Shown in pieces: positions 36,901 through 44,456 of a stretch of DNA of 46,936 nucleotides; position 1 is the first letter of the stretch; each line of letters starts with the position of its first letter. Both the position numbers and the translations under genes were made by a program. The notes beneath the pieces are model-generated. The model had not been told where the DNA came from. It searched no databases and was given only the letters and a program-made list of their open reading frames with translations. The DNA is from Paenibacillaceae bacterium (GTDB taxonomy: Bacteria > Bacillota > Bacilli > Paenibacillales > NBRC-103111): the NCBI GenBank assembly GCA_020697475.1, contig JAJFMO010000001.1, positions 1-46,936 of the forward strand, read 5' to 3'.

Positions 36901-37836
36901 TCAAGCTTGCTCGGGGGTGTGCGGCTCCAGCTGCCGATCGACCGTGCCGTCTTCTTGGCGAATCCACGTCTCGAATCCGCGCTCGCCCTGCTTGAGTCGA
37001 ATCACCCTCGCACCGCGTAACAACCCTTCCCGGCTATAGCCGTTATAGCCGGCGGGCCGTCCGTGGCATAGCCGTACCCCGTACAGATCTCCTTGAAAAT
37101 CGTTGCCATGGCAGTGCCCGACGAAGATTCCCGATATGTCGCCCATTTCCAGCACGGAGGCGAAAAAGCCCGAGTTCACCTTGGCACAGCCGAAAGCGGG
37201 ATCGAGATGCCGGCCGAAGCACGTGCGGCGCGTCCACAATTCCGCATATTCCGGCAGCGGGATATGGAAGAACGCAAGTGAGTGTACCGGCACTCCGCCG
37301 TTCGCCTCGGCGAATGCCCGCGATTGCTCGCGATACCAGCCGATCTGGTCGTGTCGCAGCCAGTTATAGCCTTTGGCCGCCGTTTCGCTCTTGTTGCCGG
37401 AGTCCAGAAAATACAGGTTCGCCGCGATCGCCTCGCCTTCACTGCCCGACAACGGCAGCGTGTAATTCCCCGAACCGCTAATGTCCTCCGGCCCCGCCTC
37501 GGTGAGGCAGAGGGGCGACTGGCGCAGCATCTCCATCAGCCGCTCTTTCGTCACCCCGTTCTCCGCATCATGATTGCCGAATACTGACGCCCACGGGATC
37601 CCCCCTTCATCGAGTACCGACACGATTCGGCGGAACGATTCATACGGCTGCTCGCACTTGTTCGCCTCGATCGTGTCGCCGGTCACGACGACAAAATCTG
37701 GCGCCTCCTCCTGCAAGATTCGCAGCACCAGCTCGCGCGTGCGCAGGTCGTTCTCGTCGCCGTTCAACCAGTGTGTATCGGTAATTTGCACGATCGTGAA
37801 CGTGCCGTCATCGCGAAACCGCAGCGTCGAACCCAT
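36901..37836 (-). CDS. cytoplasmic metallophosphoesterase (calcineurin-like)
   Basis: QITDTHW, VVTGDTIE, FGNHDAE, FFHIPL and VGHCHGN. All five motifs are intact and there is no signal peptide. Confidence 0.85.
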   Translation of the reverse strand: MGSTLRFRDDGTFTIVQITDTHWLNGDENDLRTRELVLRILQEEAPDFVVVTGDTIEANKCEQPYESFRRIVSVLDEGGIPWASVFGNHDAENGVTKERLMEMLRQSPLCLTEAGPEDISGSGNYTLPLSGSEGEAIAANLYFLDSGNKSETAAKGYNWLRHDQIGWYREQSRAFAEANGGVPVHSLAFFHIPLPEYAELWTRRTCFGRHLDPAFGCAKVNSGFFASVLEMGDISGIFVGHCHGNDFQGDLYGVRLCHGRPAGYNGYSREGLLRGARVIRLKQGERGFETWIRQEDGTVDRQLEPHTPEQA

Positions 37837-37859
37837 CGTTTCTCCCCGTCCTTTTCACC

Positions 37860-39173
37860 CTATTTGGAAGCGATCATCTGGTTGATCTGTTCGTCTGCCA
37901 ACCGAATGGCCGTATTAATATCCGATTTGCCCGCGAGGAAATCGCGGAATGCCGCTTGCGCCAGCTTCTTGCCGTCGATCTCATAAGGCGAGTAGTCGGG
38001 GGCGGACACAATTTTACTTTTGAAAATCGCCTGCAAGTTTTTCCCCTTCAAATAAGGGAGGTCGGCTCCATACTGCTTCTGCACCTCGGTCGTCTTCAGA
38101 GGAGACATTCTCGCCGTCTTGCGGACGTTGGTCAACTGAACTTCATCGGACGTAACCACTTCCAGTACCTTGATCGCGTCGTCCTTGTGCTTGCTTGTCT
38201 TGGCGATGGCGAGATTGTGCGAGTCGACCTTGCCGGAGACGTTCGGCGCTTCCTTGTAGCTCGGGTATTGCGCGATATCTCAATTCAACCCTTTCTCCCC
38301 GGCCGAACCCATCTGCACCATCAAGTTGACGGAGACGAGCATCGCGATATTCTTATCCTTAATAAAATAATCCGCTTCCGTCGACGCGCCAGGTTCCGGC
38401 TTCGGCGGCTCGTTCCCGGGAATCGTCTGAATTTGCTTGGTGATTTCGAAGACGCTCTTCCACTTCGGGTCGGTCATCGCCGACTTGTTCGTCTTGCCGT
38501 TGACATAAGGCAAAGCGAACGGGAAGCTCATCAAGTAGCTGCTGACCACGTCAAGGCCGCGGTACTGGACGCTGCCGTCTTTGCGCGTAACCTTCTTCCC
38601 CAGCTCGATCGCATTGTCCCACGTCATCCCGTCTTTCGGATAGGCCACGCCGAACTTGTCGAACACGTCCTTGTTGTAATACATCGTGTCGAACTGCATT
38701 GCGTAAGGAACCGCCCACACTTCGCCTTTGTCAGACTTTACGGCATCGATCGTGGCCGGCAAGAAGCGGGACAGATCGATCTTATTTTGTTTCAAAAGGG
38801 GGGCGATATCATATAGCAAATCCTGCTGCTTGTAGCCCAGCATATCGGCGTTCGGAGTTGTGATGAGGTCGGGGATTGTACCCGAGGCGATCAACTCGTT
38901 GATGGTCGTTCCTTTGGCGGGGGCTACCGACTTGAGCGTGATGTTCGGGTACTTCTTCTGCACGGGATCGGCGAACAGCAGCTTGAAGTCTTCGTCGCTG
39001 ACACTTGCGCCCAAATAGACAAGCAACGTAACCGGATCGTTGGACACTTTCTGCGGTACTGACTGGGCGGTGGTGTTGGCAGGGGCGTCGGTGCCTGCTG
39101 CGGATCCTACGCACCCGGCGCACGCAAGTGCTGTCGACACTAGCAAACCGAAAAGCAAACGCTTTCTTGACAC
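37860..39173 (-). pseudogene. ABC substrate-binding lipoprotein paralog 2, interrupted by an in-frame TGA at a conserved Trp
   Basis: ORFs 38280..39329 and 37860..38159 are in the same frame. Read through the TGA at 38280..38282, the sequence is GLN*DIAQYP. The paralogs have LNWDMAAMP and FNWDLAQYP at this position. GTG start at 39173 follows GGAGGG, with lipobox ALACAGC. Confidence 0.75.
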
Positions 39174-39269
39174 AGGTAAACCCTCCGTTTCGAATATAAG
39201 ATTGGTTAGGTACACGAATAAGTTGTATAAAAGATATATTCGTGTTAGGTTGTCATACACTATGAGCCT

Positions 39270-39298
39270 AGTATAATTTGTTACTCCGGGAGCGTCAA
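39270..39298 (-). promoter_or_regulatory. candidate sigma-A promoter of solute-binding paralog 2
   Basis: On the minus strand: TTGACG, 17 nt, TATACT. Confidence 0.45.
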
Positions 39299-39310
39299 TG
39301 CTAAATTTGA

Positions 39311-39338
39311 TTGGCAAGAAATTGGGCAAGCCTATAAT
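39311..39338 (+). promoter_or_regulatory. candidate sigma-A promoter of the intact sulfatase, back-to-back with the previous one
   Basis: TTGGCA, 16 nt, TATAAT. It implies a leader of about 240 nt. Confidence 0.45.
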
Positions 39339-39441
39339 TAGAGTATATTCGCCATTCTCTGAATTAGTATATAACCAATAGACAACTCAACGTAAGGAAA
39401 CGCTGGACACTGACGGTTTCACTTACCTTTATAGAACTTAT

Positions 39442-39512
39442 AAGTTCCGGGGCTCCCGCAAAGTACCTGAATCATCTTCGAAGCGAAACCCCACTTTATG
39501 GGGTTATTTTAT
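39442..39512. repeat. copy B of the ~70-nt intergenic repeat (copy A at 1263..1330)
   Basis: It has the same shared blocks and the same terminal hairpin AACCCC-ACTTTAT-GGGGTT followed by ATTTTATT. It lies inside the predicted sulfatase leader. Confidence 0.7.
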
Positions 39513-39587
39513 TGATCTTATGGAAAAAGTGACCTACTATTAATGTAATATGAATGTCTGAAACCATTGATGAAGGAGCATGCCGCC

Positions 39588-41147
39588 ATGAAATCCGCCA
39601 ACCGACCGAACATTATTCTGATTACGACTGATCAACAACGCAAAGATTCGTTATCTTGCTACGGTTCGCCGTTCGTACATACACCGCAGCTCGACAGTCT
39701 AGCTGCTGAGGGTATAAGATGCGAGCGGGCTTATTGCACGAACTCCGTCTGCACGCCAAGCCGCGCCTCGCTGTTCAGCGGGCAATACGTTCATCGGCAC
39801 GGAGCCTGGAATGTCGGCATGAAGATCGCCCCGGATACCAAGCTGTTGCCACAGGTTTTGGTTGAGCGAGGGTTTCGCACGCACCATATCGGAAAGGCGC
39901 ATTTTCAGCCGTATCAACCGAAGGCCGAACAGACGCGGGAATCGACCCCCGATTGGGACAAAATTTACCCTGAGTTCTCCGGGCCTTACTATGGTTTCGA
40001 GACAATCGAAATGTCCATGGGGCACACAGTCGGCGGGGTGAGCGGTCATTACGGGACATGGGTCAAGGAGCGTTGCGGCGACGGAGGTGCGAAATTCGCG
40101 CAAACTCGCCGATCGTCTGTGCCGTTCGGAGGAGCGGCGGTCGACTGGGAACTGCCGGCCGCTTACCGGCAGACCGAATGGGCAGCGGAGCGGGCGGTTG
40201 CTTTTTTGCAAGAATATGCGGCTGAACAGGCGAGGATACAAGTGGAGGAGCAGGCGGGTGAGGGGCGACCTTTCTTCCTCAACATCGGTTTCCAGGACCC
40301 GCACCATCCGCATGCATTGCCGCCGGAGTGGCGGGAGGACTTGGATGTCGAACGGATTCCGGCGCCAACCTTCGTCGAGGGGGAGTTGGACGACAAACCG
40401 GCGTTTTTTCGGGACGTGCACGAAGGAAGTTGGTCGTCTAAACACCCGCTTCACGGCGCTTTTCCGCTGGCAGGACAAGGGCGCAGCGGCACTCATGCGG
40501 GACAAATCCCATTGACGGATCAACTGTTGGGAAGAGCGTATTATTACCGGATGGTTGAAGGGATTGATGCGGCTTGCGGGCGCATTTTTCAAACATTGGA
40601 CGAATTGGGTATGGGCGACAACACGATCATCGTGTTCACTTCGGATCACGGGGAGCTGCTGGGGGATCACGGGTTTTGGATGAAGGGGCCGTTCCATTAC
40701 GAACAGCTGATCAATATCCCGCTCATTATCCGATGGAAGGGTGTTCTGCCGGCAGGCGAGGTGCAACCCGGAATCGTCAGCTTGGTCGACATCGCGCCGA
40801 CGCTGCTTGCCATGTGCGGGATCGAACTTCCTGCCGATATGGAAGGGAAAGATCTTTCCGCTTGGCTTGCGGGTAAGGGAGGAAGCGGCCGGACTCGCGC
40901 ATTGGTCGAAACGGTCGATGATCCGCACAAAATCCGGGTGAAGACGATTGTGACCGAGCGGTGGAAGCTGTCATGTTACCCGGGACAAGCCTTCGGGGAG
41001 CTGGTCGACCTGCAGCAAGACCCGGGGGAACTGCGGAATTTGTGGGACGATCCGGCGTATCGGCACATTAAGGCAGAGTTGTACGGAGATCTGCTGGCCG
41101 AGCTGGAAACTTCCGAGCGGCGCAATGAGCGGATCAGCTATGCGTGA
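39588..41147 (+). CDS. type I (formylglycine-dependent) sulfatase, intact
   Basis: ILITTDQQRKD, CTPSRASLFSG (C-x-P-x-R) and VFTSDHGELLGDHG. There is no signal peptide. ATG at 39588 follows GAAGGAG. Confidence 0.9.
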   Translation: MKSANRPNIILITTDQQRKDSLSCYGSPFVHTPQLDSLAAEGIRCERAYCTNSVCTPSRASLFSGQYVHRHGAWNVGMKIAPDTKLLPQVLVERGFRTHHIGKAHFQPYQPKAEQTRESTPDWDKIYPEFSGPYYGFETIEMSMGHTVGGVSGHYGTWVKERCGDGGAKFAQTRRSSVPFGGAAVDWELPAAYRQTEWAAERAVAFLQEYAAEQARIQVEEQAGEGRPFFLNIGFQDPHHPHALPPEWREDLDVERIPAPTFVEGELDDKPAFFRDVHEGSWSSKHPLHGAFPLAGQGRSGTHAGQIPLTDQLLGRAYYYRMVEGIDAACGRIFQTLDELGMGDNTIIVFTSDHGELLGDHGFWMKGPFHYEQLINIPLIIRWKGVLPAGEVQPGIVSLVDIAPTLLAMCGIELPADMEGKDLSAWLAGKGGSGRTRALVETVDDPHKIRVKTIVTERWKLSCYPGQAFGELVDLQQDPGELRNLWDDPAYRHIKAELYGDLLAELETSERRNERISYA

Positions 41148-41166
41148 AGACGCATGTATATAAGCC

Positions 41167-42600
41167 TCAAAGAGATGGGGCAACGCGGGATTTGGTTGCC
41201 TGTTCGAAGGCGTAGGCCAGCCGCAGCAATGTCGGCTCGCTGAACGCGTCTCCGGTGAACGACACGCCGAACGGCTTGCCGTCGGCCTTATACCCTGCCG
41301 GCACGATAATGGCGGGGTAGCCGGCGACGGCTGGGGCGTCGGAGAAATCCGGTGCAAACAGCGCATCAAGTCGGTGCTCGATCAGCGCCTTATCGATGCC
41401 CTCTTCACGGGACGCCCGCCAATCACGCAGCCGATCCTTGAGGTACTCCGCTTCTGTGAGCGTCCCGGACGTTTCGTATTCAGCCTTGAGCAGAAGCGAT
41501 TGCCCATAACGGAGCGCCTCCGGGTGGTGCAAATTGTTGAACTCGATGACCTCCCGCAGCGTCTTGACAGGCGCTTTTGGCCCAAGCGACGCGAGGTAGC
41601 GGTTCACTGCGGATTTGAACTCATATAGCAGGACGGTGGACTTGTTGGCGATATGCGGTACGTTTGCATTCTCGATAATAACCGCCCCTGCTTCTTTCAG
41701 TACACTTACCGCCTTGGCGAAAAGCCCCAACTCTTCCTCATCAAAGTTTTCGATGTATCCACGGTTGATGCCGATACGCGCTTCGCACAGCCCGTTGCGA
41801 TCGAGGAAGATCGAATAATCGGGATGCGCCTTGCCCTGACTTTGCCCCGTGCTTGCATCCGACGGATCTTCCCCAGCCAATACGCCGAGCAAGATGGCCG
41901 CATCCTCCACGGTGCGGGCAATCGGCCCGGCTATGTCCTGGGTGTAAGAGATCGGCACAATCCCTGCGCGACTGACCAAACTAACGGTCGGCTTCAAGCC
42001 GACGACACTGTTCTTGCGCGCCGGGTTTAGGATCGAACCGGACGTTTCTGTACCGACGGCCGCTGCGCATAAATTGGCCGCCACCGCGACCGCCGAGCCG
42101 CTGCTGGAACCGCCAGGATCAAGCGTGGCTGGGGCGTAAGGGTTGAGTACTTGCCCGCCTCGCGAGCTGTAGCCGTTCGGCATGCCTTTCGTCATGAAGT
42201 TCGCCCACTCTGTCATGTTCGTCTTCCCAAGCAGCACGGCTCCCGCCTCTCTCAATCGCCCTACGAGAAACGCGTCATAGGACGCGAATGAATCCGAGAG
42301 AGCCGCCGAACCGGCGCTGGTATGCATGTTGTCGGCTGTATTGATATTGTCTTTCAGCAAGATCGGTACCCCGTGAAGCGGCCCGCGAATCATCCCGCGC
42401 TTGCGCTCTTCGTCCCGTGCCGCGGCGATATACCAAGCGTCCGGATTTAACTCCAGCACCGAATTCAAGGCAACTCCACCCTTATCATGTTTCGCAATTC
42501 GCTCAATGTACATATTCGTCAATTGTACGGAAGTCAATTCCCCGGATTTAAAGGCGGCTTGAATGCCGAGAATCGTTACTTCTTCAACACAAAAGTCCAT
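41167..42600 (-). CDS. amidase (amidase-signature family)
   Basis: GGSSSGSAVAVAA and GTETSGSI are the AS-family Ser-cisSer-Lys signature. Length is 477 aa. Confidence 0.9.
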   Translation of the reverse strand: MDFCVEEVTILGIQAAFKSGELTSVQLTNMYIERIAKHDKGGVALNSVLELNPDAWYIAAARDEERKRGMIRGPLHGVPILLKDNINTADNMHTSAGSAALSDSFASYDAFLVGRLREAGAVLLGKTNMTEWANFMTKGMPNGYSSRGGQVLNPYAPATLDPGGSSSGSAVAVAANLCAAAVGTETSGSILNPARKNSVVGLKPTVSLVSRAGIVPISYTQDIAGPIARTVEDAAILLGVLAGEDPSDASTGQSQGKAHPDYSIFLDRNGLCEARIGINRGYIENFDEEELGLFAKAVSVLKEAGAVIIENANVPHIANKSTVLLYEFKSAVNRYLASLGPKAPVKTLREVIEFNNLHHPEALRYGQSLLLKAEYETSGTLTEAEYLKDRLRDWRASREEGIDKALIEHRLDALFAPDFSDAPAVAGYPAIIVPAGYKADGKPFGVSFTGDAFSEPTLLRLAYAFEQATKSRVAPSL

Positions 42601-42746
42601 CTAGAACCCTCCTCTAAAATGATGATTCAACACGAGGCAACATAACGTTAAGGTAAACTAATCATGACATTTTTGGCAAGGACATATCTCTATATGAATC
42701 TTTTGTTTATGGGTAAATATACACTATACTAATAGTGAATAATGGG

Positions 42747-42776
42747 TTGACACTGGCATCGTTTCTGTTTTATGCT
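42747..42776 (+). promoter_or_regulatory. candidate sigma-A promoter of solute-binding paralog 3
   Basis: TTGACA, 17-18 nt, TATGCT. Confidence 0.4.
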
Positions 42777-42866
42777 GAAATTGTGAACGCATACATTTGT
42801 GGATTTGGTATTGAAAGCGATCACAATATTAAGCTCATTGTTCATATACAATGAGGGGGAGGGAAA

Positions 42867-44204
42867 TTGTTTGTGAGGAGAAAATGGCTTTTTGTATTGG
42901 TAGCGCTCTCAATCGTCCTGCTGGTTTCCGGGTGCGGCAACGGAGGGACGGCTGCGACAGGGGCGGCTAAAGACACCGGAGGCGTCGAGAAGGCGGCGGT
43001 GAAGGAAAATACCGAACCGGTTACTCTAACGTTGTTTATGAACAATTTGATCTCCGATGCGGACCTGGAGCGGGAGCTCTATGAACCTTTGAAGAAGAAA
43101 TACCCGTACATCACGGTTGAAGCGACGATGAACGGCGGAGAAAATAAAATTGAAAATTTGATCACTGCGGGGACTCCGCCCGATTTATTCAATTATTATG
43201 TTGGAGCCATGGGGAACATTATCAAGCTGGGCCTGGTAGAAGATATTACTCCGATGCTCAAGAAGAACAAAATCGATTTGTCGCGTTTCCAGCAGGTGAT
43301 GATCGATTCGGTGCGGGCGGCTTCCGACAAGGGCGAGCTGTACGGTCTTCCGCGCTACTCCAATACCGTTGCCTTGTATTATAATAAGGATATTTTCGAT
43401 AAGTTTGGGGTTCCCTACCCGAAAGACGGCCTAAACTGGGATCAAACTTTGGAAATTGCTAAAAAGGTATCGCGTTCGGACGGAGGGGTCAACTATTATG
43501 GTTTGTCGGGCGACAGCCTGTACCGTCCCAGCTTTATCTATTCATTGTCGCCGGTGGATCCGAAGACGAACAAAGCCAGCATCAATAACGATCACTGGCG
43601 CAAGGTGTTGGAGCTTGACCGGAATATTTTCTCCATCCCGGGCAATCTTCCCGATCCGATCAGCTTAGTTAACAGCGGCGTTAAGCGATTCACGGAAACA
43701 CGCGACTTGGCGATGTTGGCTTCGGTGAACAACTTGCGGCAAATCGAGCCGGCCGCCGCGAAAGGATTCAATTGGGATTTGGCGCAATACCCGTTCTTCC
43801 CGGACAAACCGAATGTCGGCGGAATGGTTGACGTCCACGTCATCGGGGTAAGCAAGACGAGCAAGCATAAAGATGCGGCGATGAAGGTCGTCGAACTGAT
43901 GACTTCAGACGAAGTGCAATTGATTGCGGCACGGCAAAGCGCTGCGGCGTCGCCGCTCAATAATAAGGAAATGCAGAAACAATTCGGTGCGGAAGCACCC
44001 TACTTGAAAGGAAAGAACGTGCAGGCGTTCTTTAAGAGCAAGGCGGCTCCGGCGCCCCAGTTCAGCCTGTATTTGAACGACGCGAAGAAAGTGTTCACCC
44101 CGATGTTTACAGACTATGTTGCCGGCAAGTCGGATCTCAATACATTTATCCGGGAAGCGGAAGATGCAATCAACAAGAAGATGGAAGACGTAGTCGGGAA
44201 ATAA
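42867..44204 (+). CDS. ABC transporter substrate-binding lipoprotein, paralog 3
   Basis: Lipobox LLVSGCGN. It is colinear with paralogs 1 and 2 (PVTLTLF...KKKYPYITVE...AGTPPDLF...KNKIDLSRF...YNKDIFDKFGVPYPKDG). Confidence 0.9.
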   Translation: MFVRRKWLFVLVALSIVLLVSGCGNGGTAATGAAKDTGGVEKAAVKENTEPVTLTLFMNNLISDADLERELYEPLKKKYPYITVEATMNGGENKIENLITAGTPPDLFNYYVGAMGNIIKLGLVEDITPMLKKNKIDLSRFQQVMIDSVRAASDKGELYGLPRYSNTVALYYNKDIFDKFGVPYPKDGLNWDQTLEIAKKVSRSDGGVNYYGLSGDSLYRPSFIYSLSPVDPKTNKASINNDHWRKVLELDRNIFSIPGNLPDPISLVNSGVKRFTETRDLAMLASVNNLRQIEPAAAKGFNWDLAQYPFFPDKPNVGGMVDVHVIGVSKTSKHKDAAMKVVELMTSDEVQLIAARQSAAASPLNNKEMQKQFGAEAPYLKGKNVQAFFKSKAAPAPQFSLYLNDAKKVFTPMFTDYVAGKSDLNTFIREAEDAINKKMEDVVGK

Positions 44205-44222
44205 GGGTTGGCCAAACGTTCA

Positions 44223-44265
44223 GAAACACCCCGTTGCTATTACGGTAAGCGGGGTGTTTCATTTT
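44223..44265 (+). terminator. intrinsic terminator of solute-binding paralog 3
   Basis: GAAACACCCCG...CGGGGTGTTTC 11-bp stem followed by ATTTT. Confidence 0.8.
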
Positions 44266-44456
44266 GGGATCCTCCAGCTGAATTGCACTGTTCTACCACA
44301 AGATCGCGTACCTGGACGGGGAGCGGGAGGAATTGGCGCGCCTTTCGCGAATTGTTTCTACCAGAGATGGGACTCGAAGAAAATAGCCAAAGCACTCAGG
44401 CTGTCCCATTATCGGATCTATGTGCAGGATATAATCCTAAGCCGGTGGAGGACATC

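Noticed and set aside
38280-38282. TGA in SBP paralog 2 as a programmed recoding site (selenocysteine or Trp)
   Set aside because: The aligned residue in both paralogs is Trp, not Cys or Sec. Trp is encoded by TGG elsewhere in the same gene and window. I saw no SECIS-like hairpin immediately downstream. Firmicutes of this kind use genetic code 11.
39174-39329. N-terminal extension of the SBP paralog 2 ORF
   Set aside because: It would run through the predicted promoter region. The GTG at 39173 has a GGAGGG RBS and gives a normal signal peptide plus lipobox, as in the paralogs.
39699-40928. 409-aa minus-strand ORF antisense to the intact sulfatase
   Set aside because: This is a shadow ORF. 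The plus strand has canonical sulfatase motifs. The antisense product is extremely Arg/Pro-rich and low in complexity.
42781-42800. Catabolite-responsive element (cre) in TGTGAACGCATACA upstream of SBP paralog 3
   Set aside because: It cannot be aligned to the WTGNAANCGNWNNCW consensus without mismatches at invariant positions.
44288-44369. Direct repeat TTCTACCA(C/G)A..GAT upstream of the 5'-nucleotidase gene
   Set aside because: Only an 8-nt identical core is present. A chance occurrence in a 200-nt region is plausible, and there is no supporting dyad or promoter context.
44208-44456. 83-codon N-terminal extension of the 5'-nucleotidase ORF
   Set aside because: It would start inside, and read through, the terminator hairpin of the upstream SBP gene (44223..44265). 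It has no RBS. The conserved metallophosphatase fold begins just after the ATG at 44457, which does have an RBS.
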